DNA of 64,000 nt, the filler included, from Corallochytrium limacisporum Hawaii (Eukaryota; Protista; Pluriformea), in assembly GCA_002811645.1 (NCBI GenBank). It is 10 parts of 10 records of this genome, joined end to end, with 100 filler letters (N's around TTAATTAATTAA, not from the genome) between each part and the next. Parts side by side here need not be neighbours in the genome. Positions count along the whole stretch, not along the records: positions 1 to 19,369 come from PDIP01000064.1; 9 more parts are not named here. The stretch is one strand, 5' to 3'. A program made the translations under genes and the position numbers. The stretch's first letter is position 1. Every line of letters starts with the position of its first letter. The notes below the pieces were generated by a model. It saw only the letters and a program-made list of their open reading frames with translations, did not search any database and had not been told where the DNA came from. Of this stretch, positions 1 to 11,280 are shown piece by piece.

Positions 1-87
1 ACTCAAAAGAAGCCGATTTTATAAGATTCAAACGAAGCTTTCAAACCATAATGTAAATTATGCACTTTTTTATTGAACAGAGGTTGG
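1..87 (-). mobile_element. Terminus (type L3) of Tc1/mariner-like DNA transposon, followed by TA
   Basis: Reverse complement is identical to 57781-57867 and matches 58920-58996. Ends ...AACAGAGGTTGG|TA. AT-rich and at a contig end. Confidence 0.8.
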
Positions 88-385
88 TATTGTACAAGCG
101 AGGGAGGCCGGGGTCTCAAAAAGCGATGTCGGCACGCCGCGAAAGGCATGTGTACGTACAGGGTAGCCCCGTTCTTCGTGGTTGTTGTAGCAATGATGGT
201 TCAAGCATGTGATGCTATAAGGGTTAGGAACCCGATTAAGTGGAGTCCAATTCATTGGGTGAACCAAAGGGTTGTCATCGTCGTGATGTTCGCGGTCTGT
301 TCCGAGAAAGAAAATCGTGGAAATTGAGCCAAGTGTGCAGTGCAAAATGTAGACAACACGAGTACGGACCATAGTGGTAGATACC

Positions 386-2551
386 ATGATGATAGTGACA
401 GCAGATGCAACACATCCAGCTGCATTGCCTGGGATTTGCCCGCATATGACTGCCGCGGGACCGTATCAGACGCTACCACATGAATTGCGCAGTCGGATAC
501 GAACCCTTACACACGTACTGGTCGGACAACACGACGGTAGCAAAGGAGCTGTGCTGAGCTGTGGTGAGCCAGGATGCTCAAGGAGTGGACATCGCATTTT
601 GGTCTGCGCAGAATGCAATTACAAAGCTTGCACAGGTCACAATCAGAACACGGACGACTCCCACCATATGCAGATGCACCTTGAAAGCGCGGGGCATGGC
701 TTTGCAGTTTCTTTGTGTCATGATGTCGTCTACTGTTGCATCTGCAAAGACAGTTTCTACGACGAATTTTTGAGTAGATATGCACATACTGAGACAGTAA
801 GGGCGGGTAGACAACGCAGTAAGCGAAGTAGAAGTTGTCCAAGGGCTGAAGACTTTCTACTTCCCGACGATGAGATCCCAGCAGCAAAGGTGGTGAAGAC
901 CGTGGTTGATGTTGAAGAGAATTTGATCTCAAAGGGTGAATCTAGCCATGGGTCCACCTCGGGGCTTGATCTTTCGGCGGAACTAGGTGTGACACCGGTG
1001 GACAAAAAGAGCAGCAAAAAGCTGGACGAAAGCTTCACTGACAGCAATCGGTCAGGTGGGAATGATTCGAGCCACGCGGTTGATGTGCTGTTGCCGAGGT
1101 GGCACCGCCTGGACAGTGCCGCTCGACTTGGTCTGCGTGGGCTTGTGAACTTAGGCAACACATGTTTCATGAGCTCCATTCTACAGGTCCTCATTCACAC
1201 CCCGATGATGCGTAACTACTTCCTTAGCGATAGCCATCCGCAGGTCAAGTGCATGTGGGTGGAGAAACATGGCACCACGCACTGCTTATGCTGTGAGATG
1301 GACCATCTAGTACGGTCATTCTATTCGGGGGAAACTAATCCATTTAGTCCGCACTCATTTCTATCAGCAACTTGGCACTGTGTGAACCATTTGGCAGGCT
1401 ATGCTCAACAGGATGCACATGAACTGCTGATCGCCGTCTTGGACACGATGCACCGCCACTCTGGCGGCACAAACCAAGATTGTAAGTGTATCATTCATCG
1501 TATCTTCACGGGTATCTTGCAGAGTGATGTCACGTGCCTGGCTTGTGGCCATGTGCGCGTGACTATGGATCCTTTCTGGGACATTAGCCTCAACGTCAAA
1601 GACCCCCTCACAGTCGAGAGCGGTAGCAAGAAAGGGCACTTGGGTCTGACCTTGAAGCGTTCCGGGTCCAACAGGAAGGGCAAAAAGGGCAGTCTTACAA
1701 AGTCTCATTCCACCACGAATTTAGGGACGGCACTTACCCCCAATAGTGCAGACAGCAACGGTGTGATAAAGAGCGAAGAATCCAACCCGGAAGACAACGC
1801 GAGCGCCGGCGTCATCCCGCCCGCAAATGGCAACGATGCACCGCCAGTCATTTCCGTGACCGCAGCACTACCAGCTGCGCCACGGGGAAAAGCGGATGCC
1901 TTGGATCTGCGGGTTTGTCTCGAACGCTTCACTTCCAATGAGAGCCTCGGCGATGATATTTACTGCCAGAAATGCTTACAGCAGCAACCAGCAGCGAAGC
2001 AGCTGAGTCTGTACTCTCTGCCGGTCATGCTCTGCCTGCATCTGAAGCGATTTGAGCACTCCACAATCTCACGGAAGTTAGATCGGCCCGTTAGTTTTCC
2101 CATGGAGTTGGACATGAGTGCGTTTGTGAGCTTCTCAAAGACCGACGTGGACAAAACCACCGATATTTCGGCCATGGATGACAAAAGTATGCACGATTAT
2201 GCAGTCGATCAGGTCATGAATGGAATGGTCAAGAAGGAGGATCAAAATGGTGATCGTAGAGATGACCCAGCAAGACAGAACGGTGTGGAAGCTGGTGAAG
2301 GCGATGAGCAAAGAGGTACAACGTCAGCGGCTATGAATGCAAAGGGAGACGACGCCGAGTACAAATACGAGCTAATGGGTGTTGTGAATCACCACGGCGT
2401 GATAGACCGTGGCCACTATACAAATTATATTCGCCGGGATCAAGATTGGTACCGTTGTGACGATGCGTACATCTACCGGGCCACAGCGGACGAAGTCCTC
2501 CGCAGTGAGGGGTACCTCTTGTTTTACATGAAGAGCAACCTGATCTACTAA
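386..2551 (+). CDS. USP22: Ubiquitin-specific protease USP22/Ubp8-like (SAGA deubiquitinase)
   Basis: N-terminal ZnF-UBP-like Cys/His region (YCCICKDSFYD), Cys box GLRGLVNLGNTCFMSSILQ, YAQQDAHE, DPFWDISL, LHLKRF, His box HHGVIDRGHYT, WYRCDD, SEGYLLFY. First ATG at 386 (ORF track starts at an upstream GTG). Confidence 0.9.
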   Translation: MMIVTADATHPAALPGICPHMTAAGPYQTLPHELRSRIRTLTHVLVGQHDGSKGAVLSCGEPGCSRSGHRILVCAECNYKACTGHNQNTDDSHHMQMHLESAGHGFAVSLCHDVVYCCICKDSFYDEFLSRYAHTETVRAGRQRSKRSRSCPRAEDFLLPDDEIPAAKVVKTVVDVEENLISKGESSHGSTSGLDLSAELGVTPVDKKSSKKLDESFTDSNRSGGNDSSHAVDVLLPRWHRLDSAARLGLRGLVNLGNTCFMSSILQVLIHTPMMRNYFLSDSHPQVKCMWVEKHGTTHCLCCEMDHLVRSFYSGETNPFSPHSFLSATWHCVNHLAGYAQQDAHELLIAVLDTMHRHSGGTNQDCKCIIHRIFTGILQSDVTCLACGHVRVTMDPFWDISLNVKDPLTVESGSKKGHLGLTLKRSGSNRKGKKGSLTKSHSTTNLGTALTPNSADSNGVIKSEESNPEDNASAGVIPPANGNDAPPVISVTAALPAAPRGKADALDLRVCLERFTSNESLGDDIYCQKCLQQQPAAKQLSLYSLPVMLCLHLKRFEHSTISRKLDRPVSFPMELDMSAFVSFSKTDVDKTTDISAMDDKSMHDYAVDQVMNGMVKKEDQNGDRRDDPARQNGVEAGEGDEQRGTTSAAMNAKGDDAEYKYELMGVVNHHGVIDRGHYTNYIRRDQDWYRCDDAYIYRATADEVLRSEGYLLFYMKSNLIY

Positions 2552-2674
2552 ACATTGCGAGCTGTTCAACACTGCACCGGTCTCAAATATGGAACTATGA
2601 TTTTGCTATTAATACAAATGATGTTGTTGAAATATGCTGAAATGGAGGAACATTCTTGTTTTGTTGGTGATCCT

Positions 2675-4465
2675 TTATATGCCCCAGGCTTCAAAGTTCT
2701 GCTCATCCGCGGCATTCATTTGGAATTGATTTGCGAGACCATCAGCACCAGCTCGTTCGTTCTCGTGCTGTTCCGCACGGGCCTTCTCTAGGTTGCGCAG
2801 GACAGTGATAATGTCGTCGTTGGAGCGCGTGATGCGGATCCAAAGAATGATCACCGTCAGTAAAGTGAAGAGCAGCACCAGATTGAGGCAGCAGTACAGG
2901 ATCAAGAAAGCAAACGCAGAATCGGCCGTTAAGTTGTCGGTACCGGCACCGGTGCCAGTAATGAAGGTCACCATCTTGAAGATGAAGTACGCAATACCTA
3001 GCAAGAGAAGAACGATGTAGATGATGCCCAATGTCACGCTACGCCATTTGACCATCTGGTTAACATAGATCGGCAGGAAGACGATGATGCATGCTCCGGT
3101 AATACTCAGGTACCACTCCGGATCTGTCTGGTCAAGGGCAATGAACGCATAGAGAAACAAGAAGGCCACGACGAACGGGAAAATAACCTTGTTGAGCCCT
3201 ACAAACGTAACATGGACATTGTATGCGTAGCGCAGTTTGCTACTGGCACCGATTACCTTGAATTTTAACAGTGAGAACTGGATGCGCAGTTTCGGCACCA
3301 TCACCATCATGCCCAAGGCAAACGCAACAATCGCGCAAAGATTGACAATGGTCAAGGTATTTGCAATATTTCCGGTGCTCGTGGCATTCTGGTACTGGTA
3401 GATCTGCAGTACTCCAAACAATATGAATGCTAATTCAAAGTACATCGATCCGAGAAGTGCGAACGTGTTCTCGGAGTGGAGAGCGTCCCAGTTGTAGTAC
3501 ATTGTGTAGCCCATTAGACAGATATTGGCGTACAGAAACAATTTTAGGTGATTTGTGGAGTCATCAAACTGAACTTCCTGATAGATAACACCCTGAAAGA
3601 TAGAAACCACAACAAACTGACTCACCGCCAATCCGTAAAATATCCTTCCCTTTTCGCTCAGTCGCATGTTCCAAAGCCAATTCTTGACTGTGCCACCCAA
3701 GACGTTTGTTGCAGACTGGGCCAGGTTCGGGGTGGCATCATTCGAACCTCCGCCTGTGTGTTGACTTGTAGTACGTTCCCGTAGGAACATTGGTTCGTGA
3801 CTTTTGCCGTTCACACCGTCCGTTCCTCCGTTCAGTGCAACGACCGCTGCAGCTGCTGCGCCCGGACCTGCGGTGGCTGCCGCCATTTCAGCCTTCGTTT
3901 TCTTCTCCACAACTCTTACAGTAGAGTCAGATTCGAATGATCCAGACCCAGTCCGGGCATTTATCGAGTCCACAAGATCTTCGTCCGTTTCGCCAGTACG
4001 TTTCCGTGACGTGTTGGAGCTCATATCGTCTATTTCCACCACAACTGTGCCAGAGTTCTGATCTGTTAATGTGTCCTCCCGGTTATGGCCAATATACATA
4101 CCGTTCGTTTCTGCTGGCCCCACACTCATCGAAAGTGTGGTGTCCGACATATATTGGATGGTACGAGGTGTGTCTACTTCACTCGGTTTGGGCGTGTCCA
4201 CTTCTATGTCCTGCAATTCGTCGTCGTACCTATCCAAGGGACCTGGTTCCGGAAGCGACAACCGAGTTTCTTCTGAGAAGCGTGTCACTTCTTGTGTTGT
4301 CGAAGTCATCGCCGAGTCGAGATTGATTGCCTGAATGTCATACTCGAAACCTTCCGGTGCTGCCATATCTGATTCGCTGTGCCATAATTCTGACAAGTTA
4401 CTGGCTGTCGTATCCCGTCGGGGAGAATCCGACGCCCTCCCACTCTTTTCCGACGACATACTCAT
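2675..4465 (-). CDS. UPF0658-like multi-pass membrane protein with long disordered acidic N-terminus
   Basis: About 8 hydrophobic segments in the C-terminal half. Motifs ALHSENTFALLG and FSLLKFKVIGAS...LNKVIFPF resemble, from recall, the fungal UPF0658 Golgi membrane family. Confidence 0.6.
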   Translation of the reverse strand: MSMSSEKSGRASDSPRRDTTASNLSELWHSESDMAAPEGFEYDIQAINLDSAMTSTTQEVTRFSEETRLSLPEPGPLDRYDDELQDIEVDTPKPSEVDTPRTIQYMSDTTLSMSVGPAETNGMYIGHNREDTLTDQNSGTVVVEIDDMSSNTSRKRTGETDEDLVDSINARTGSGSFESDSTVRVVEKKTKAEMAAATAGPGAAAAAVVALNGGTDGVNGKSHEPMFLRERTTSQHTGGGSNDATPNLAQSATNVLGGTVKNWLWNMRLSEKGRIFYGLAVSQFVVVSIFQGVIYQEVQFDDSTNHLKLFLYANICLMGYTMYYNWDALHSENTFALLGSMYFELAFILFGVLQIYQYQNATSTGNIANTLTIVNLCAIVAFALGMMVMVPKLRIQFSLLKFKVIGASSKLRYAYNVHVTFVGLNKVIFPFVVAFLFLYAFIALDQTDPEWYLSITGACIIVFLPIYVNQMVKWRSVTLGIIYIVLLLLGIAYFIFKMVTFITGTGAGTDNLTADSAFAFLILYCCLNLVLLFTLLTVIILWIRITRSNDDIITVLRNLEKARAEQHENERAGADGLANQFQMNAADEQNFEAWGI

Positions 4466-6162
4466 GGTCAAAGAGTAGTTGTGTATACTGTTAGAGTCTC
4501 TTTCTAGACCCGCATAACGATTCTACCATGGTTCACATTTTGTGTTTGTGCGAATCATTCCATGCTCCGCGACTAATTTTATTCATACGCTACAAATGCC
4601 AGTGCCCCCTAGATTCAGACTCCATTTTCCAATTTTATACCTCCTATTTCATATGGTGGGCACAATTAACTCGGTAAGATCATAACCTCGGCACATAGAC
4701 TGAAAGTCTGCCTGACACGACGTAAGATGGTGACGTTCACAAACTCTTCCAACGCACGGTACCCCCTCGGTGAGGGGAGTTCCGAGACCCGCACTCCTGC
4801 CAGGGACCGCCTCCGTGTCCACGGCCAAGAACCCCCAGAGTTCCTAATCTGTGTTTTTTTTTTGGGCTCCCTCGTTTCCTTTTTGCTCTCTTGCCCTTCC
4901 TTCCTCTTTGTTCCCCCCCCCCCCACCTTCCCTCTTTTTTCCTTATTTCCTTCCCCTCCCGAACTTGAATCCGCTCGCACCTCAGGGCCCTTTTTTGTCC
5001 TTGCCTGTCTATCGCTTCCGCTCTCTTCCCTTTTCTGCCTCATCCTCCTCCTTCTCTCCCCCTTTTCCTTCAACTCCCGCTGCACCCCCCACCCCCGGCC
5101 GAGAGTCTCCCCATCGCGCTGGCCGGGGAAATGAGGAGCGGCACGGGGGGGGGTGTCTCACCTGCTTCGAGCCGTCGACACCGTACCATGGCCCTGTCCA
5201 CTTTATCCGAGCTTGGGTGTATCATTTTCCTTAGCCAATGGCCTGCCATAAATGAACGGTTGCGGCGGACATTGGAAGATTTCATTCACGGGTCGCCGTC
5301 CGATGCGATGCTGCTGCAATCCTCCCTTTTCCGGCAGGCACTATGGCGGAGAATCAGGACAAGGTCGTCCATTCGCGGGGCGTTATCTTCATACTGTCAT
5401 TATGGAATTTGCTGTTTTCATCCTACGAGTGAACATCTTTTTTTTTCTTCCTTCTTCTTTCTCCTCCCGGTTCCGGGAAAGCTCCCCTCCGCCCTCCCCC
5501 CCCCTCCACTTGGGGCCCGGCTTGGCGGAAATCTCTTCGGTACGTCGCCATGGGCGCAAGAAAAATAAAGGGCAGTGGCCATATGGAAAAAGTAGGGGCC
5601 AAATCCTTCGGGCGTATGGGCCATTGGCTATGTATTGGCCGCTCCTTCTGCCCCTTAAGGAATCCGAAGTTTTCGTGGATGGCCGTAGCACCCCACCCTG
5701 CTAAATGAGCTCTCACCTGCGGTACGCTTGACCTACTTGCTTCAGTATAAGCGGGGGCGGGGGACGCAGGGGAAGCAATTTTTCACCTGCCAACCCGTGG
5801 TGGTGCCAAACGGGGGCCTAATATTTCGGGGCCGAAGGGTCCCCCCAAGGGGGGAGGCGGGTGGGTCTCTGCCCGACATGCGGCGGGAAACAGCCAGCAT
5901 CCCTGCCAATTCCATGAACGTTGGAGAGCGGCCGGAAGGTCAGAGTCAGGCACAGCGGCTACTTCGATAACAATGTGTGGAGATCTTTATCAAATTCAGT
6001 TAATACTGTTGTTTCTGTGTCCGTGCTCTCTTACTGGAAGAGCCCCATTCGCTTGACGGACTTTGGTTAGTTTGGTCCGACATGGTTTTCATGCGTTCGT
6101 AACGTAAAGGCTTACCTATGGGTGTGTAAACATAGAGCAATCAACATCATCAGTTCACGAAA

Positions 6163-7047
6163 ATGGGTAGAGTAAGCAGATATAAGAAGCCAAAGAAAAT
6201 CGATCCCTTCGGTGGTCGGGGTGGTGTCGAAGGACTGCGGCGGGAGGAGGAGCTGGACCGAGTCAAAAAGGAACGGAAATGGCAGGATCAGAAGGACTTC
6301 CAGGGCGGTCAGCAGAAGACGAATCCCTTGCCCCGGCGTATGCAGTTGATGAAAAAAGCCAAGGATATGTTCAAAGAGACCGGTAAGGTGCCCGGAAAGA
6401 AAGATCTGGCACTTGCACAAAAGGAGGGTGCGAAATCGAAGAAACGGTTGAAGCGGGAGGCTCGCCTTGCCGAGATTGCGGCAAAAAAGGCTAAGTTGAA
6501 TGGCAGTGCAACTGCTTCTGACAAGACCCCCGAAGGCGGCAAAGAAAAACAGTCCGTAGTGGGCACTGTCAACCCTGAAGATACCTTCGAACCGACCAAA
6601 CTGAAGATCCAACCAGGCGAGTCCATCGCTGCGTTCAACCGCCGGGTAGAGGAGGCTGCTTCCATGCGCCTCCAGTCTGTAGCTATGAAGGCAGCACAGG
6701 GATCAAAGAAGACCAAACGCCAAAAATTCATGCGTCAGAAAGCCAAGGAACACAGGAAAAAGCAGCAGGCGCAACGCGACGAGGATGATCGGGATCAACA
6801 CGCTACAGGCCACGACGAAGTAACTTTTGGAGACGTTGCAGAGCGGCCTCCTGAGCTGTCCGCATCCGATCGGGTCGAGCAGAGGCGCAAGAAGGCTGAA
6901 CAGAAGCGCTTAGAGCGTGAACGAGCGACTGCGGAAGGTCGCGCCGATCCGGAGCTCGACCCCGCGCGATTGGAGGCCATTGCTGCGTACAGAGAGAAGA
7001 AGAAGTTCAGGTTGGAGCGGGCCGGTCTCCCGCACTACCAATTGTGA
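6163..7047 (+). CDS. CCDC137: CCDC137-like basic nucleolar coiled-coil protein
   Basis: K/R-rich, with family motifs IQPGESIAAFNRRV, DEVTFGDVAERPPEL and RLEAIAAYR. Confidence 0.75.
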   Translation: MGRVSRYKKPKKIDPFGGRGGVEGLRREEELDRVKKERKWQDQKDFQGGQQKTNPLPRRMQLMKKAKDMFKETGKVPGKKDLALAQKEGAKSKKRLKREARLAEIAAKKAKLNGSATASDKTPEGGKEKQSVVGTVNPEDTFEPTKLKIQPGESIAAFNRRVEEAASMRLQSVAMKAAQGSKKTKRQKFMRQKAKEHRKKQQAQRDEDDRDQHATGHDEVTFGDVAERPPELSASDRVEQRRKKAEQKRLERERATAEGRADPELDPARLEAIAAYREKKKFRLERAGLPHYQL

Positions 7048-7239
7048 GCATGGTCTATGTAATATAGGATATTAACTACGGACCTCCAAACAATTTTAGT
7101 CCTCAATCTCCTCTAGCACACACTAGATACCAGTTAAAGAAGCACTCTATGTTTGCATTCAAACAAACTTCGAATTTCCGTTGTCAATGTCGTTCTAGTT
7201 CATGTTTATTATACAAAAGTATGCTCCATATCCTAAAAT

Positions 7240-7572
7240 TTATGCGTCTGGCACACTGGGGAAGACCCTTAGAGCATGAATGTCCTGCATTTCTTCTTTA
7301 ATGGCAGCAGTCACCTTGCGTTCCCGCTGAAGGGCGCGCATACCCTTGAACGCTTCCGACTCGATGTAGACTTCAAAGGCTGCACCACACCCTCCGCTGG
7401 TGTCCTGAATGTCGAGCTTACTTGGCTTGAATTCTGCCTCCAGCTTTTGCCGCATGCTTTCCTCGACTGGTGAGCTGTAATGGCGAGATTGTACTGCAGC
7501 CAGGTATGGTGTGCGCAGCCCATTTGCAACAAGCCGTGACGGCGCCCGAAGAGATGCCCTTAGACCGTACAT
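7240..7572 (-). CDS. BOLA3: Mitochondrial BolA-family protein (BOLA3/Bol3-like)
   Basis: Arg-rich, acid-free transit peptide followed by DTSGGCGAAFEVYIESEAFKG...DIHAL. Confidence 0.85.
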   Translation of the reverse strand: MYGLRASLRAPSRLVANGLRTPYLAAVQSRHYSSPVEESMRQKLEAEFKPSKLDIQDTSGGCGAAFEVYIESEAFKGMRALQRERKVTAAIKEEMQDIHALRVFPSVPDA

Positions 7573-8188
7573 TCTATTTCTCTTGGAATCTTCACATGGA
7601 ATTCACTAGCGTCCATGCAACCAGCCATTGGAATTTTAATTTGCCCCGCAAACTGGGCTCTGAAATACCCCAAAGGCACACCACGTCGTGTACTAAACTC
7701 CTCAGCACCCTCCCCCATCGCTGACCCCGTGCCGGCAGCCCTGTACTGTGTGACTGACCCATACAACGGCGACCACCCGGGACAGCCCACCCCTCCCTCG
7801 GGGGTTCTCGGTGGGGGGGTCCTTCTCCAGCTGACGGTCTCGTGGGCTAGCACAGACACGACCCCGTGGAGCAATGGGCAGAGGGGGCCAAAACAACGGG
7901 GAAAGCCTGGACCGCGAGATAAGGCAGGGAGTGCTCTTCGGCTTTTGCTTTGTAGAACCGTCGTGCATAACCATTGATTGATGTTGTGGAATCCAGCTAT
8001 TTGTATTTTATTATCATAACCTAGGAAAGTTGATACCATGTACTTTATGACGTTATGGCACAGCAGAGACTAAGTAGCTCCTCCGAGCAGAAAGGAGCAC
8101 AGATTATTCGAGGAGAACATGTAATTTCGGAAGCAGGTGGAAATATCAATAGTTTTTAAAATTCCGAACGTAATTTTAGAGCTCAAAG

Positions 8189-9109
8189 ATGGTACAACAC
8201 CGTCCCGTGTATGTAGGCCTTCGTTTGCGGATGCTTCGGCCCAGCCAGCGCTTGGGAGCTTCAATAGAATCATGGTTTCTGCAACCGGACACACTCATGC
8301 CACGCGAGAAGATGTGGCGCATGCTCTATCACTTCAAGAAGCCTCGTAGTGGTGGTAGGGATCGGAGAGGTAGGACCACCGCATTCCACCGTGGTGGCAA
8401 GGTCGGCACGCAGCACCGTCCCGAGCACGAAGGCATCCCGGAGGGTCATATTGAAAAGTACTATTTGCAGCCTCGACTTGCGCAGCTGGTTAACAAGGAA
8501 CGTACCATTAACTTCCCGATGAGTTTCATCCCTTACGTTTCTGGATACACCCTGCCACAGTACGATCCCTTTCGCACGTCACGAACCATGCCTAGCTTCA
8601 TTCCCTTCATGTTTCGGCCGGTGTATGGATGCTACCTACCGGCTGCTGAGGGCCAACGCTTCGTGAACACGCGCTTCTACAACAGTGCAACCATGGAGAA
8701 TGCCGTCCGACCCAATCCGAATGTACCGGGCCATGTGATGCCTCTCTTCATGTTCAATCCGGGTACGAAGGTGAGTCATGTGCAGTTCTATGAAGGGGCT
8801 GGATGGAACCAGCGTTTCGCAGTGGCAGCAGGTACCAGTGCTCTGATCGATGCAAAGCAGGTTCGGGAGGCCAACATGCGCTTGAAAATGCCTAGTGGAG
8901 AAGAACGAAACTTGACGATGTTCGCCACCGGCCGCAGTGGTATGGTCAGTAACGTTGGCCACAGCCGCAAGCACCTTGGTAAGGCTGGTGTGGCCCGGCG
9001 CCTTGGTAGACGCCCGCGAGTGAAGGCCAACGCCATGAACCCGAATGATCATCCTGGCGTGGGCAAGTGGAAGCACAAACGTACACCGTGGGGCAAGTTC
9101 TTTAAATAA
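8189..9109 (+). CDS. MRPL2: Mitochondrial ribosomal protein uL2m (divergent, nucleus-encoded)
   Basis: SGGRDRRGRTTAFHRGG, YDPFR, MPSGEER, GMVSNVGH, GKAG..RRLGRRPRV..AMNPNDHP, TPWGK. The start could be the downstream ATG (MLRPSQRL). Confidence 0.85.
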   Translation: MVQHRPVYVGLRLRMLRPSQRLGASIESWFLQPDTLMPREKMWRMLYHFKKPRSGGRDRRGRTTAFHRGGKVGTQHRPEHEGIPEGHIEKYYLQPRLAQLVNKERTINFPMSFIPYVSGYTLPQYDPFRTSRTMPSFIPFMFRPVYGCYLPAAEGQRFVNTRFYNSATMENAVRPNPNVPGHVMPLFMFNPGTKVSHVQFYEGAGWNQRFAVAAGTSALIDAKQVREANMRLKMPSGEERNLTMFATGRSGMVSNVGHSRKHLGKAGVARRLGRRPRVKANAMNPNDHPGVGKWKHKRTPWGKFFK

Positions 9110-11280
9110 TCATATGCATAACCTTGAACATTGCCATCACTACAATCATGACATTCCAGACATACTAAAATATACATACATGTACTTCGCTGTTGGCGTA
9201 CTAGACTATTGTCCGAATAACGGACTATTAAACTTATGAGGCAAACGCAGTTTGCGAAAGCATCAACGGGATATGAGGCTCGATAGCGCCTGAGGGTTGC
9301 TTGAATAGGGCTTCGGGCTACAGACGGCGTGTTTGGCGATCAGCGAAATCAATTAGACCGACAAATTGAATCTTGTTTTGCTCCCTTGTCTTCATCTTGG
9401 TAGGATTTCATAGACTAAGTTGAAGCTGCTGCAGCAAAAAGTTTCGAAGGCTTGACTGCTTCCGGCAGCCGCACTGTCCTTGGAGGTTAAAGTTTTCGTG
9501 TCCTTTCAAGCCGTAGAGCGCTTCCGGGGTTGTCCTCCTCGATAAACAACTGTCAAACTTAGTGGTCCTCGACTTCTTTAAGCATCGCAGACAGGCTCAT
9601 GACTTCCCCAATCATACACTTGAACCTCACAGGCAGTTACAATGGTGCTATCGACATTCCCGCTTCTGATTGTCCAGGTAGGGGATTCAGACTTCGGGCG
9701 GAAGGAAGCAAGTTGAGCATGTACCACACGGTTGATTTGCTCAGCACACGCCATGCTTCCGGTGTCAAGAGAGATAAAGAGTGTGGGCCAAGCCAGCTCT
9801 TTACCGAGCTTGATTGACGTGTATATAGACCACCTGGGTACCCGAGCCAGGACGGGAAGGACGAAGAGTCTTCGAAGCGGCCTTGAGGCAATTCATGGTT
9901 TTCTTTAAGCCCTGATTCAATCTGTCTCACTACCAAATATGAGAATTCAAACCGTAAACACCCTACAATTGGTCACACTCTTGTGAAGTGCCGGAGTGAA
10001 TGGTTTCTGCACAGTCTTAGGTTCACACTCGCTGTTCCACAGTTGGGAATAAACTTCGTTTTGCGTTTACGTATGGCCGGGCACACTCAAGTACCCAAAT
10101 TGTTTTCCTTGCGAACAGAGTACAACCCGCAGAACGGCACCAAACGATGTAGAAAGAAACAGGAATGAAATTTAAAATCGGGAAGTGTGGACCCGGCACT
10201 ACAGCGCGCACAAAGTGATGAACGTCAGCTCGAGCCTCCGAAACTAGCAACGCGCGGCTTCAATTTGGTACGGGAGGCACCGCATTGGTCGGCTTCCGCC
10301 ACACCAACCCGGGTCCGCTATCTGAGTAGGTAGCCCGCGTTCTTCCGTATGCGCACTTGCCCTGGACACCCAGCGATTGTGAAGAAAATCGGCGAGAAGT
10401 GCTAGCAAGCCAAGGAGGGGGTCGGAAGTCAAGAGAGGGCAGTACTGTCTGCCATCCGAGCCAAAAAAGAAAAAATGACTGACGCAAGCAGAAAATTTTC
10501 TGGCGCGCCCGGGTCGTAGTTTCATAGTAAATATACTACAAATTCTGAATTCCCGGGGCGTCGCCGTAGTCTAGGGTTGGAGTGGGAGTGCGAAGGTTGC
10601 CTACGATCCCCGCCCGTCGGGACGCACTGAGCTTGTGCACTCGCAAACGACAAGAAGAACGCAATCCAGCCTGTGCACCTACACACAGTCAACCGCCGAT
10701 CCGTTACTTCTACATACAAGATCTGCTCCCATGAATGAAGACTCAGTGGATAAGTACGGTAGTACCACATGCAAAAGCTGGTCCGTACACGACTATTCGT
10801 ACTCGGGGGATACGGGCGGCGGTAATTCTCCAGTTTGATGCTCGCAGCAGTGGCCAGTGGGCTGTTACCCTGGCGGGCGGGAATTTGGGGGCCTATTTTA
10901 CTGGAAAGGGAAGGGGTACGCGGGATGATTGGGTCCCCGCGACTCCTGCCCCTGGGGCGGATTGCAGGTGTCTGGCTACGGGAACGTGGAACTACTCGAC
11001 TTACAAATACTGGCCTTAGGGTGGTACCTCCACCGCAACGATCCCTTTGGCCCCCTCCTCTGGGGGGTCCCCGCTGCTCTCAATTTAGGCGAGTCTCCTG
11101 TGTGCACGCTCCTGGGAGGAACCTGAGCCCACCGACAATGACTCAAGGTCCTTGAGGAAGCTTGTCGGGATGTAATAGGAGAGAATTCATCAGCTTCTTA
11201 CTCTGATCCACTTAATCCTGTTGTGTTTTGGTGCCGTGCAGAGCAATGGTTTTCAATGAACGACGATAAAGGTAAGGTGA

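Noticed and set aside
4666-5970. Many 100-150 aa ORFs in GC and homopolymer-rich intergenic DNA (also 56400-57870 and 59740-61470)
   Set aside because: Low-complexity P/G/F/K translations from homopolymer tracts, not protein-like.
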